Positions 27,601 through 42,600 of a DNA stretch of 64,000 nucleotides are shown in pieces. Origin of the DNA: Lytechinus pictus (Eukaryota); the NCBI RefSeq assembly GCF_037042905.1, contig NC_087246.1, forward strand, positions 9,550,001-9,614,000. The letters run 5' to 3'. The position numbers and the translations under genes are program-made. Numbering within the stretch: the stretch's first letter is position 1; each line of letters opens with the position of its first letter. Under the pieces are notes generated by a model. That model was not told where the DNA came from, ran no database searches, and saw only the letters and a program-made list of their open reading frames with translations.

Positions 27601-30600
27601 AATAGAATTAATAGTTATAGAACATTTAAATAAAAAAACACAACCTTTGAGATATGAAATCCATTAAGAATGGGACAGAGATTACTTTGAGATATGGGAT
27701 TGACAGACAATTATATTAACTGATGTGTAGTACAATTAAACAATTTCTTAGTATAATCTTATTTCATGATGATTACACTTTAAGCATCTTTTTCTATTAA
27801 TCCCAAATAATACCTTCACCATTATCCTTGTGAACACATTACTGTTCCTACTTTCATTATCACCATCGGTTCCGTAATCATCATCATTCACCATCATCAT
27901 ATTTACTATAACCAAGATTATCATCATACTCATCATCTTTATATTAATTATGTTGCTATTTTAATAATCTAAAAGCCACAATCATGATCACCTCATCATC
28001 AACCCTACCTGTCCTAAGCTCTTCTGGTGTACAACTTTCTCTCATCATCTTCCTTCCTCCAATCTTCCTCTTCCTCATTCTCTGTCTTGTTCTCTCCTCA
28101 ACCTCGTCTGCCAGCCACTCCTCCACCAGGCACAGATGAGGGTAGTGTGTTGACACACAGCGTAGTAATGTAGGATAGAGAGAGCCATACTCTGTCTGAT
28201 TGATTTGGGCATGTCGTACCAGGTACTTGATGGGAAGCTGGGAGATGAGCTGACTGGAGTAGGTCAAGGGGCGTTCGTTGATGATCACTACAGAAAAATC
28301 ATGATGGGAATTTTCATTAACATTTTTGGCATTATTAAGCAATACCTGCCCAAATCAATTCTGCATGGTATGAGGACATATCCTTCCACACATAACTTGA
28401 TAAGGAATTTAAGAATTACAAATTTACTGTTGTTATTCCACTTGTAAATTCTATTTCTCACCAGCTCAGCCAACACCTTGAAAAGCATTACATACATGCC
28501 ATTTTCAACTTCAACACCTCTTTTTGTGATCAGCTGGTCTGCACAAAGGGTAGACCTGTCAGCGAAAGAATGCTAGGATGCTATCACTTAAAGGTGAATA
28601 TTCATCTTGCACCACTAGATATCTCAATAGATGAACATAGCAGTTTGGATTATAAATTTGACTGACACAAAATATTGACTCTGTGAAAATTTATTCAAGA
28701 TTTACAATTTACTTGATAAAAAGTTTATCTGTAACGGTCTTCTGACATCAATCCCAGAAATAAAAATTATACACAAGTCAGATAATTGAGATTGAAAGAG
28801 TGATGATATCCACTGATAATAACACGCAAACATATACTATAATGCTTAAATGAGGTAGGAATCATACTCACTGAGATGTTTCATATTATTCAGCACAGAG
28901 TCTTCATACAGAAGCACATAGTAGAGCATGAGAAGTTGTGCCGTCATTCGTTCTTCCTCCCCAATCTCTGCCTTCTCATCTACCTCCATGACTTCTGACC
29001 CACTTACAAAGGACACAGCTGATGATTTAAAGACAGACAGGATCTCCCTCTCAGATAGTGGAGCATTCCGTAGATGCTTGGAGCCAGACTGGGTGGGCAT
29101 GACTACTGAGGTCACAAACACTTCAATAAGAGGAGGGAGTAGAGGGTGGAGGGGAGGGGTTGCATTGCAAATCTGTCTGAACAGCCAATCCTATGGGCAT
29201 TAAAAAAGAATAGGAGAAATGAATTAATGAAGTATGCATAAATTTTGCAGTCATTGTCAGAGTAAATCTGTATAGAATTTTAAAGAAGCTAGCCTAAAGA
29301 GATGCTAAACGATAAATGAAAGAATTAATCATATATAGAATTTCCACTCTGAAGAAAAAGAAAATCATCCCCTCCCCCCCCCCCCAAAAAAAAAAAATAA
29401 TAATAATCCTGAAATCAACCATTCATCAAATAATAAACCAGAACACAATCTAGTACAACTAATGCAAAAGCAAGTACATGTTGAACAGTATCCCCCCTCC
29501 CCCCAAAAAAAATCAATCAAACCTAAACCTCTATCACGGAAAATAAAATCATGATCTATGGACACAAATAGATTGAAGTAGACAACCATAAACTTACTTT
29601 GATTGGGATATTGTGTTTGGTGAATGCCCTGCTCTTCAGTAGATGAAACACACAGTGAACTGGTAGAAAGCCTGTAGTTGATGCACTCAGCTTAGGTGTA
29701 ACTGCTACAGTCACAGCATGTGCTGCTGCAACCTATAAACACAGATTTAGAAATATAACAAATGAATTGATATTTGAACAATATAATCCAATTTGATGAT
29801 AAAAGAATGATCATGATATTGTTTTTAAACTGTATTTAAGTGTTTCTGAATGGTGAAATATATTTTGTAGTGACCTGGGAACCACATCATTATCAGTTCG
29901 TGGGAGTACATATCAATGCATTGCAGTGGGGAGAGGGGGAGGGTGAAATATTGAAAAGTTACATTTTTTTAACAAAAATTTTTCACAACATTCACCATAA
30001 GTGAGCATAGAATCTTACAATTTCAGTTTAGAAAATGCAAAAGCGCCCCCAATTACATGCTCGGTTGCTTCGCTCCTTAGCTTTCGAGTTTCTTAAAAAA
30101 TTCTAATGTCTCTTGCCTCCCCCCTTCCAGGAAAATTACTGTATACAGCCATGTATTAATGGCTAGAAACTATAAGCTTGAGCTTCATACACTGGAGATT
30201 TATTCATTTTTTCCCACTTATACCAGCACAGTAGTTATGTATTATTTTCAATTCCTTAAAGAAATACCCTTTGTTTATAATTTCTCTGTTTCTGATTTTA
30301 CACATGCAAGCACACATCTCCTTACTTTATCCCCATAGAATCATATTATATATCTTGGGTTATTTTCTGTTTCAAATGATATACTAGTATTTTATATAAA
30401 GTTGCCCTGTCCCCCCCCCCCCATTTTCCCCCTTGTTTTGTATTGTACTCTGTTTAGATAAGTTTTTTCATGTACTATATATTTATTGTTTATGTCATGG
30501 TGCAATCATCACAAGCTGTGCTTTCTGAGTTGCTACCTTCATTGTTTTGTTAAAGTTCATAAAATGTATTGATGCTTTTACTGTTTGAAATAAATGTACT

Positions 30601-33600
30601 TCTTTCATTACTTTTATCCCATGTAACAATGATTTTATTACTTGCACATGTCATTTTGTTATGATTATTGATATTGCATATTGTGTTTTACTTTGTAAAT
30701 GAAAACTTCTCAATGAAATTTTCTCAATAAACCATTAAAATTCATTTCAACATTCAGCATTCTGGTCTCCGTTGTCTGTAAATTGCATTTGCTATGAAGT
30801 GAATGCAATACAATGGCAAGCTTTATAGATCTTGGCTTTCATTTTGTATTTGAGGTTTAATGCATATGCATGGTGGGCAGGTATTTCACGGAAAGTTTTT
30901 AGTATTCAGCAATTAAAGGATTCAGATTATATGCATCTATTTTCAATGATACCTCACTACCATCATTAATCTACATTTACATACCTGTTCTGTGAATATA
31001 TCTTGAATGAAAAGGAGCCTCATCTTAGCAAGAGAGTTTGTTCTCATAGCAATCTAAGAAAGAAAGAGAGTGAGAGAAAGGAGGGGAGGGGGACAGGAAG
31101 AGAGAGAAAGAACATGTGTGTAAATGATCGAGTAATTGTACCTTGTAGAGTTCTGGTCCATCATGTTACCATGATGAGAGTCTCCAAGAAATTATAAAAA
31201 GATTGATATTATTTCCATATCGTATTCTATTTTCAAATAGACATTAATCCATAATACATCTAAAAACCAAGTAAATACAAAATATCCCATTACAGATTAT
31301 TCAACAATTATGTATATAGATCACAATGTGGCAAGATGAATCTTTTGAATAACACACAGGATTGAGAAAAATATCTTATAGCACTGAAAAGTTGTAAAGA
31401 CACAAGAAATAATTATACCTTCATTCCAAGAGTGGTGCACACTAAATCAACAATAGCCTGCATCTGATTTGCATGGAAATGAATGGCCATCAGAAGCAAC
31501 ATCTCACTGAAAGAAGCGCTTATACCACTCTCCCTGAAAATAATAGAAAAATACAAATTATATTAGGATGACAGATATGTTTGATAAATTCTTATTCATT
31601 CATCACAAATTCTCCCATCATCCCCACACAATATGCAATCAGTTTGACTGAAGCTGAAGCAATGGCAATCAAGAAATCAAACACTTCATATGTGTACAGT
31701 GTAAAAAACCCTAGAAAACCCATTTCATTTTACAGTAATATGAACATTCAGAAATGATAAACAAGGCAGTGATCTACTTACGTCTCAAATCTATGCCCTT
31801 CTTTAACCAACCAGTTAATCCATTGTGTTACTATTTTCTCATCATCACCACTGTAGTTAAGAACAAATACATTCAAGAAATCTATAAAAGAAAATTCATT
31901 TTGCATTTAAAATGTAATTCAATAACTTATTGCTTCCAAGATTTCATTTATTGTCACATGAAGTATAACAATAATAATCCTGATTTTATTTCACTAGGCA
32001 AACATGGTTTATCATAAGGTATATTCTTCTGGCTGATATGGGGGGGGGGGGTCGGAATACAACAACATTGGTTTTGTAGTTGCTTACATGCTGTCATGCT
32101 CTTTAATACACATATGCAAACATTTAAAATCTGTTATTCGTTTACTCTCCCTTTTTGCTCTACATTCCCTCTGCACCTTGGAATAGTTCACTAGGTGCAT
32201 AATAAATGCTGTGGTTATTTATTATTATTATTTAAATACCTTCCTTGCAGTCCGGTATTATAATTTGATGAGCTCATCTATGCATGCAAGATTGAATCAT
32301 TGATCTTAACATTCTACACAAGTTCACTTTCAAAGTCAAGCAAGTAAGAAAACTAATTTAAAACTTTTCATAATAGTAAGTTTCCTCCCTACCTGACTAA
32401 GAATGGACAGGCAAGTAGCATACAAAGACCCATAGAGATGAACCTAATGCCAGCAGCAGTGGGAGGAGGGTGGCTGGTCAGAAGACGCAATAGCTGCTTG
32501 GTTTCTATCTCACTGAATCTGTGTAAGAAAAGTTTTTTAAAAATCAAAAGAGAAGATGAATATGATTTAATATTTATTGCAGTTGAATCATCAAGCAGAA
32601 TCACACATATCCATCCAAACATAAGGTACATATCACCACAATGGAAACTTTTTCTAATATGAACAAAAATAAGATCTTTAACTTGTTGAATGCAATTTGG
32701 ACATAACAAATTTATCCATTTTAACAATTAGTTATAATAATAACAAATACCACTGCCACCTTTCCTGCACAGGACCAACAGGACTAAAATGCCTAGTACA
32801 GAATAATCATAAGTCAGTATTAAATGTGTAATGTGGAATGTCAGATACAAAGAAAATATGAAATAAACAATTGTCATGTGTACTATCACCTCAAATTCAA
32901 TTCATCTTGGAAAGAGATAACACAATTTTCATAATTGGTAAATGAAGGAGAGTACACAGGAATCATTCCTTAATTTTGCTTCATAAACTCTTATATTCAT
33001 TTCAACCATGTACATACCATCATTTTAAATTATTCTCAATAACAGGTTATCAAGAGGTAGAGATTAACATACAACAAATTTTCTTGTAGAAAATTTGAAC
33101 AAATGTATTGATTAAAATCTATGATATATCAATTCAAAGGACTAAATTCTTACTGTCACCTCATTCACCTAATTGTACCTTTCATAAACTCAAGAAAATT
33201 TGATAGGATTCGTCATCATATGTAAAACATATTATCATTAAAAAAAGTGCCACATAGAAAAGTATGATTCCTCGACTTTAATTCATTTATGCATTCAAAA
33301 TATTATACAAGTGGAATGCCTCTGGCCGTCTCACCTGCATCACGCGATTCAATATAGCAGCAGTGCTGATTTTGAAAACTACTATAACTCGCACAAGATG
33401 TTCAGTGATACTTGGTTACTCGTATTTCCACGTTTTATGAACTAGACCAATACACTTATAGAGATATGATGGCAATTCAACAAATACCCCCAACGTGGCC
33501 AAAGTTCTTTGACCTTACATGACCTTTGACCTTGATCATGTGACCTGAATCTCGCACAGGATGTTCAGTGATACTTGATTACTCTTATGTCCAAGTTTTA

Positions 33601-36600
33601 TGAACTAGACCAACACACTTTCAAATTTATGGCTGTAATTCAACAAATACCCCAATTTGGCCAAAGTTCATTGACCCTAAATGACCTTTGACCTTGATCA
33701 TGTGACCTGAAACTTGCACAGGATGTTCAGTAATACTTGATTACTATTATGTCCAAGTTTCATGAATCAGATCCATAAACTTTCAAAGTTATGATGGTAA
33801 TTCAACAGATACCCCCAATTCGGCCAAAGTTCATTGACCCTAAATGACCTTTGACCTTGGTCATGTGACGTGAAACTCATGCAGGATGTTCAATGATACT
33901 TGATTAACCTTATGTATAAGTTTCATGAACTAGGTCCATATATTTTCTAAGTTATGATGACATTTCAAAAACTTAACCTTAGGTTAAGATTTTGATGTTG
34001 ATTCCCCCAACATGGTCTAAGTTCATTGACCCTAAATGACCTTTGACCTTGGTCATGTGACATGAAACTCAGGCAGGATGTTTAGTAATACTTGATTAAC
34101 CTTATGGCCAAGTTTCATGAACTAGGTCCATATACTTTCTAAGTTATGCTGTCATTTCAAAAACTTAACCTCAGGTTAAGATTTGGTGTTGACGCCGCCG
34201 CCGCCGTCGCCGTCGGAAAAGCGGCGCCTATAGTCTCACTCTGCTATGCAGGTGAGACAATAAAAACAATAAAAATAACAAAATTTACAAAGTAATAAGT
34301 TGAATATGGAATAATTCACTGAAAATAATAGAGAAATCAACCCAGTAATATAAAAATCAAACAAATGTATGAATACAAGAGACTGTCATCATGTGTGGGT
34401 AGCTTGATAACAATGGCAGCATCCTAGCTTGCTTACTTCATTCCAGCAATGCCTTTGAGAGCACAGTACAGCCTCATGAAGGCACTGGCTTGTACCACAT
34501 TTTTGGCAGCGAGGTAACCAAAGTGTTCTGTAGACGGAGTGATTGATTTGAGTTCTTGAAGAAGGTGATCCCTGAGACACTGTAACATGGTATTCTCTTG
34601 CTTCATCTGAAAATGACAAATAAACATGGAAAATTTATCTTTAATTCTTACCTCTTCCGAACAATAGACAGTTGAGCTTTATAATATGTGGAGCTAGTGG
34701 ACAACTTTAACATTTCAGAATTCATTACTTGGCCTAGACCTAGCTAGATGGTCTCACTTTGTTGCTTCAGTTCAAATTAAGAAATAAAGTCTACAACACT
34801 TGAAGGAGATGATCTCTGGGTGACATGAAATTTGCTCCTGCGAAAATTGATCCGGTCTTTATATCTCAGAGGGCATAGGGTTAGAGTTAGGTTTTAATAG
34901 AGATAAAGATTAGGGTTTATTTAGTTTTGGAGGTTAGGTTTTACGTTTGGCTTAACATGCATTTTTCCATCGGAGCAAATGTTGCTGGAGCAAATGTCAA
35001 GGAACCGATCGCTGTCAGTTAAAGACAATATATCTTGCTTTAAAATTGAAAATGTTAGAACTAGATCTGATTATGAAGCAATCCCACTGGACAGTCAAGT
35101 TATTATCACTCATTTGTAAAGTGCCTAAGTCTCCACTTAATGAAAATAAAATAATAAATAAAAAAGAAGTGTATGAAATAAATTTGAAATAAATATAAAA
35201 TTGCTGTATTGATTAAAACATATATTGTGAATACATATACATTCACAACAAAAATATGAAGATATCTTGAATTACTTGACTGTGAAATGTATACTCAAGA
35301 CATCATTTTACATAGATGGAAAGATGAGTTCAACTAACTGTTAAATGTAATTTAAAAGTTTATAAAAAGAGAACTTAATTATGAAAATAGCAGGTGAATA
35401 AAAAGGTCTACAGTACAAATCATGCAAACGTCAATGATGTAAGATCCCTGAAACTAGCATAAACTCACCTTCTGACTGCTACGTACAAACTGAGCAAACC
35501 AGTTCCGTACTGTTGAACTGCTACCAAGGAGAAGACCACTCAAGAAGCTAACCATATCACCCTGACCTCCGACAGCCTTACTCCTCATAGCATGGTCTAG
35601 GGACAGAGCTACTGCTAGACCTGGCAGACGACATTGCTCAACCTGAAACAATGAAGGACAAACAATATGATGTCTAAATTACAAGAAAAAGTTCTAGTAA
35701 GATTCACAAAATACATGAATGTATATCTTTCTGTCATCACAGCAGCATCTCCTGCATCTTTATGCAATTAAAGATATTCTGACTTCATTTATCTAGTTAG
35801 TCAACTTGATCTAGCATCATAGGGATTTCAAGCTGGTATTTGACATTTATCTCATGGTGTTAATTTATCATACAAATATTCTACATTTATGTTTGATCAA
35901 TTATGACAACATACATAAGTGCTTTAAATATATATCATTACTAGGTCACTGGACTCAAGTTTGCCTGCACAAAATGTATGCATTTTCTCCACTCCCTGGG
36001 GAGTATTCCATCATAAGGTCCCAAGCTCAAATGCAGGAGATATATTAGCTTTCACACCATTCCAGGTATCAGTTTACCATCCAAAAGCTTCTCAATGGAC
36101 ATCTGATGCCCAAAAATGGGATTAAAACTCTGACCAGTTGATTTGATTTCACTGTATTGCTAAGTTACTTACAGCTAAAGCTCTGAGTTTGAGTGTCTGA
36201 CTGGGATTCATAGCTGCTAATAGTCTTAAACTCTCAGTCCTTCGTCTTCCGCCCGTGCTGTCCTCATCCTGTCGTTCCCCACTCTTAATCAAAACATTGC
36301 AAACTAAAGGGGAAAAGGAATTAAATTATTTCTGATGAAAAATTGCTTTGCTCATAAACATTGGTTGAAATTAAATTTCTGTAGATGAAGATTAAAAAAA
36401 AAAGGCTGTAGATTTACAAGAAATATACTATACTTTCTACAACTATGCATCTTTCCCCTAACCCAGATTTGAAAGAGTTAGTACTACACCATTAGCACCT
36501 CATAATCAGATTGACGAAATTTGTTGAACTATACAATTCAGAAGAACCTTATTAAAGTTCTTGAATCATGAATTATCACTTATTTCATAAAATCTAATAA

Positions 36601-39600
36601 AATGTTGCAATTTTCTTCTGTATCATGCAGGGGCTACAGAAACTGCTATACAGCCCTGATCATGTATGCTGGAACTATCTCTAAAACTAAATTTCAAAAG
36701 AATATGGATCTGATGTTGCAAACTGCTATCACACAAGTTTTTCTTAGACAAGAATCTTCTTTAATCTTACATTATACTAATTTTCATCAGGAATTCTGCA
36801 AATAGGATTGATACCCACCTTGAAAGAAGCTATCTGGAACATTAGCTACCAGTCTACATAACATGGATGGTCCCAGCTTTACTCTCAGTAAAACCTCTGC
36901 AAGTCTATTTACAGGTAACAAGGAGGGTAACTCTACAACGTGCAGTGAAGAAGGTAAAAAATTAGAAATGTACAAGACTTTTTTTCAGGAACTTATTGTA
37001 AGGAGAATATAAATATAAATGTAATTCTCTTTTTACTGAAATTCTGGTGAGGTTGATTTATTAAAAATTGTCCCTTACAATTTCATCATTTTCTGGAGAT
37101 CTGGTAATCAAGACACCTAACCCAATTCCCCCCTCCCCCTCTTGATGGTTATTGTAGGTTTGGGAGGCCATTGCCTACAACTAAATTGTAATAATTAAAT
37201 CTCTTTCTGTTTTAATGATCATATATATTCATTTCTGATGTAATATCTCCTGGCCACATATGATTTTATATTTGAGCACATAAAAAGGGAACTTTTGGAA
37301 CAAGCACATGCCTATCTTAACTAAAATCTGTATTTGACCTCACCCTGAGTGTTAAGAATGGACACGTTTTAATGTACTTTCATCATATTATCTTTCAAGT
37401 AATGGGAAATCAATGTCTCAATTAGCAAAGTATGAATGCCATAGTGCCTGGATATTTCTGAACAATGTAAATTGCAAAAAGCTAAACATGGATTTAATTT
37501 CAATTCTTTTAAATGGTATAGTTTTAGTACATCTTCATAGAAGAATATCACAAAGATCATAAATGTTTGAGTTGTGTCTAAAAGTACTGAACAATTATAA
37601 ATATATTTTTTACCTGCTTGTGCAATGCACAGTACATCAGATACTTCTTCCTTGTAAACCTCATTCTCAAAGAGCTCACAAGCTCGGTGGGTGAAATCAG
37701 TTGGTTCCTTAATCTGAAAGATAAGTTTCAAACATCTGTTACATAAACAATTGTATTAATACATAAACTAGAATAATTAAGGAGCTTTATACATACTTAA
37801 TGTATTATTTACTTTATTCAAAGGCACATTTCATTGAAAACCAAAATTAATCCACAGGTTCTTAAATAATGATTTGAGTTAAATTGTAATGTAATATAAT
37901 GTTGGGAGCTATTCACTGAGTATTATGGAACCTGATTCTGTATACAAACTGGAGAAAGTTTCTATTTGGGAGAAAGTATATGAAAGAGCCAAGACTTACC
38001 CATAATGTAAAAAAGAATATGCATGTTGCAGAAAATCATGAAAATTGTTGCATTAAGAGTGGGTTTAATAAAAAGCTTCTCTCTTCTTTTCCATCATAGA
38101 AAAATAAGGGGAAAATATTTTTCTCCATTCTTAAAGCCTTTGTGCCAGTCAAATAAAAAAAAATAATTTCTTTCTCAAAAAAAGCTGTGTCAGTTCCAAC
38201 TAACCTGACTAGATATAAATAGGATTTCACTGATGAGTAACCTTAAACGTCTAGCAGAATCACTCTTCTCAAACTCCAAAGCTAAGCCATGCTGGATGTG
38301 AGCGGTCAAGTGGTTTTCAGCATCTCCAAGTTTTTGCCTGGTAAAAGGAAGGGAAGCAAATTGATGATTTCATTTGATTCAAAAGTAGAAATACATGTAC
38401 TGGTTGAAAATCTATAGTCACTCAATCTTCAATATTCCTAATTGGTTAAGTTTACAATAAACACCAACATGTTCGTATACACACATTACGTGGTCACATA
38501 TTATACATATATGCCCGGGTTCTTAATCATTTCTCACTAAGGGCCACTGAGTAAAATAGAGACAGGTACATGTATCAGTAGATTACTTCATATTTTTTAC
38601 CCTACCAGAGACTATCCAACAAGGCGAGGGGGCAAATAAGCTACAAGTTTTATATCTCTACATCCAAGTAAAATACATAAGTGATCAGTGGCGTGAAATG
38701 AGCCCAAAGGAAAAATTAAAAACACAATATACCGGTAGAGCAAGGGGTATTACACATATAGTTGTGAGAGTGAATAGGGGGCAATAACATTTTGACCTTT
38801 TAATTAAAATGAAAATATAATCATACTTCAATATCACATTTCTTCATTTCCCTTTCCTTTTATTTCTTTTTCCACTCTTCCTTTGGAACTATCGAGGGAT
38901 CCCAAGCCCCCTAATCATTATGCCTTGAGGAGAGATAATACAGACAAAGATATAGTATCAGGGGGAGTTGTAAATATATTTCCATTTTAAAGACAAATAC
39001 CAGTTGTGGTAACTATTTCAAAATGAGTTCGAACAGAATCCAATGAAAGTATGACCAAAATGTTTGTATACTATGAATAAATAATTATAACATGTGCCAA
39101 GTAGCAAGAAAATGCATAATAACCGAGAAATTAGCAAAATAAGCATGGAATTCCATAAAATGTCAGTTATTTTTCGAAGCAATATTAATACACTGTCCAA
39201 CATAGTGATTAGTGAACATACGCTTTTCTGTGTTAGTGATCATCAGAATTAACAATTTTGAGCTAAGATTTCATGATTTTACAAAGATAAGTTTACATTA
39301 ATGTACCAGATCTAGATGTATGATATTATTTTGACAATTAACCTTAATTTAAAAGACTTTCTCATGATTTTCTTTGCTGCAACTTCTGTCTTTTACCTGT
39401 AAGAATGAAACAAATTCTTGTTTTCCGAGACTCATAATCAGTTCAAACTGAACGAATAAAGAATGATAAAGTCAGAACTAAAATGCAATTAAATAATATT
39501 AGTATATAAAACGGTAATTAATTGGTGATTTTTTAAACCAGATTACTAAGAAAGCATGAATGCTTGTAAGCAAGCAACCAGAGGACCAACAGCTTAAGGT

Positions 39601-42600
39601 GCTCTCTGAGGGACCTGGAAATGAGGATGAATGCCTTACCAAAGGGCACTAGCACACCAAGTGGGAATCAAACCCAGGTCATCGGAATCTGAAACCCCTG
39701 TTTTACCGACTGAGCTTTCATGCCTCCATTAAATGTATCATAAGTAGATCTATGTCACCTTTTCATCAGTTACATGTAGTACAAAGCTGTTTTTTGTGTG
39801 TTTTATTGTTTTCATGGAAATCATCGGCGACATTATTTTGATTATAAACAAGATGAAATTAATTGATTTTAAAAGTAATGCGTATTGGATTTGTACAACA
39901 ACTCATGTTTTTAAAGCATTTTTGTGTTTGGTTCTATGCACTTACAAAATTTTTATTTTGGAATCGCAAAACTGGAATGTGGGTCGCGATTTTGGTCTCA
40001 TAAGTTGCACAAGACTTGATTTTGAAAGAAATTCATTGTACGGCACAGCCCTAGCTTTTCGCATATTGTCATTACATGAGAAGCTTAGCTGAGGCTGTGA
40101 TAGACATGGGCTGAATCAGTCGTAAACCCAGTTGTTGTGTGTCTGGACAATCAATTTTAAAGCCATTTGGAAAAGTCAAACAAGCAGTTATAGCATTTTT
40201 TTTGGTGGCCCAATTGGTCTACTAAAATCATCAATTTCATATTTTTGATAGCCCGTAATACAAATTTGGTGGCCCTAAAATAAAAGAAAATATTACAATT
40301 TTTCAAATCTTTGGTAGCCCAACTGGGCCACCAAGTGTGGGCTTTTACAGAATTTTGGTGGCCCGACACTCATTTTTGGTTCCCCTGCTTATTGTCAAGC
40401 CCTGGTTATAGTACAAAGTGTTAGGCAATGTTATACAGAACAAAATTGAAGATGATTACAACTATTTTTCAATAATTTTTTTTTTTCATAATCCAAAGAC
40501 CAAAAAGAAGGCTTCAAATTTTTTAAGAGTCCAGACACCCCACCTAGCCCCTTGCTATTATTCATTAGATCTAAATCTAGAGTTAGAGCTTAAAGGGGTG
40601 GTCCAGGCCAGGTTTAATTTATATCCACTAGATAGACAAAAACCTTCTCTTTCCTATACTATATTTTTTTAAGAAATAAGAGGCACAGTTATTTTTTATT
40701 GAATTTTCAATTTTGCCAAAATCATATTCTGGCACGAGTCTGTACGATCCCAGAATGCAATGCGCAGCTTTTTCTGTGACGTAGCATCTCCACTTTGGCT
40801 TCGCTGGCTGCTGCATGCTACGAGCGCGAGCGAGCTAGCTAGCTAGCTAGCTAGCGCGAGCGAGCTAGCTAGCTAGCTAGCTAGCTATCGCTCGCACGTA
40901 TGCGATATGCGTATAGATCATCAGCGCCGGTCGCATACGCACGGTATTAGCTACATGTAGTTTTCGACTTGCATTGATTGCAGCCACCGTCGACCCTGTA
41001 ATTCACAATTTGTTTGTTTCTCGCCGTTTATTTCATAATTTGAACAATAAATATGTCGGGTCCTGCGGGATATGCATTCCAACCAAGGTGGAATGCGGAA
41101 GAGTTGGAGAACCGTCGAAGAATAGAAGAAGAAGAGGTGGAGGAAGATCCGATCGTACCGCAGCCAGCGGCCGATCGAGTGGGGAGAAATGACTGGTGTC
41201 GGTGCGGGAACTGCCCGGTGATGCCGACGGCCAGAGAGAGCATTTGGTCCTCGCAAACGACTCTATATACTCGCGTTATATTTGTATGTTTTTATGTCAA
41301 ACTTGTCAGTCCCAATATTGTGAAGCCACTGGGCACATCTCTCTCGATCTCGGATCGGATTTGGTATAGAAAACGCACTTTTATGGTTATTTTCTCCCGG
41401 CCGAACCGAGCAGCCGTATGCCTGACACAAAGGCATATTGCAGCTGTGAGACGTCGCGCGCTGGATTGTTGCGAAACCTTAACCAAAGTGGAGATGGTAC
41501 GTCACAGTCACGTGACCGATCTCGCTACATGTGCGCGAAATTTAATTCTTTTTGCCCCAAATAACCGTTACAAGAAATGCTCTTAAAAATCTCCAAAGTC
41601 GAGTAAGGAGATAATACTTTTTGAAATGGCTCCTGTAATTATTTACTACGGGCTAAATATTTTTTGGAGCTGGCCTGGACCACCCCTTTAAAAAATACTT
41701 TTTTAAAGAGGAAGTTCACCCTGAAGGAAAGTTTGTTGTAAAAATAGCAAAAAAAAATAATCAAAATTATCAAAATCTACAAAGCTATTATACGTCCTAC
41801 CCTAAAATATTGTAATCCTGCTTGGGCTACAGTCTTAAAAAAGGATGAAGATGAACTAGAAAAGATACAGCGAGCAACAAGACTACTTCCCAACATTTGT
41901 CATTTAGATTACTAGTACCCTGAAAGGTTGAGAATTTTGGGACTCCCTACTCTCTCATACAGAAGGCAAAGAGCAGAAATAATCAAAATCTTTAAAATCA
42001 CAAGAGGTATTGATTGGATAGATCTGAGTAGCCTGTTCCATCTTGATGATAGTAAAAAGGACCAGAGGCCATAGTATGAAATACAGATGTAGATTACAGA
42101 CACGGCAATATGCTTATAACTGGAATACTTTGCCAGAGGAAGCAGTTTCTGCCACTAGTGTAAATATACACAACAAAAAAAGTAAGTCCCCCCTTGAACA
42201 CACATCAATAATTTCTGAACCAATGCGAGTTTTTGATATATTTTTACATGAGCGTGTAGGTAATTTTATAAGCTACCATCTGAGTAAATGTTATGGACGT
42301 ATTTTACGTCATGCTTCAGTGAGCACCGTCAGAAGGCAAAAATGTCACTTTTCAAAAGTCACAAGCCAAATATCATGACTTTGATTCCATTTTATTGGAA
42401 CTGATTCCACATTTTCATCATGAAAAATAGTCAGAAGGTTTGTAAAAGGTACTTTCTAAAAGACGATACAACTTTTTTGGATAAATTTCACGGTTGAATA
42501 AACACAAGTCCAAATTTGCTATATTTGGATTTTTTACACATTTTTATCAATAAGAATGATAGAATATGATGACAGTTACTTTTGGGAAGAGTATCTTCAA

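Noticed and set aside
33420..34180. CRISPR-like regularly spaced repeats
   Set aside because: Whole ~162-bp units repeat with no unique spacers, there are no cas genes, and the context is a eukaryotic Helentron-like element.
41245..41586. C-terminal 113 aa of the 177-aa ORF as real protein
   Set aside because: It lies beyond the inferred deletion junction and reads through the element's non-coding right arm; no recognisable motifs.
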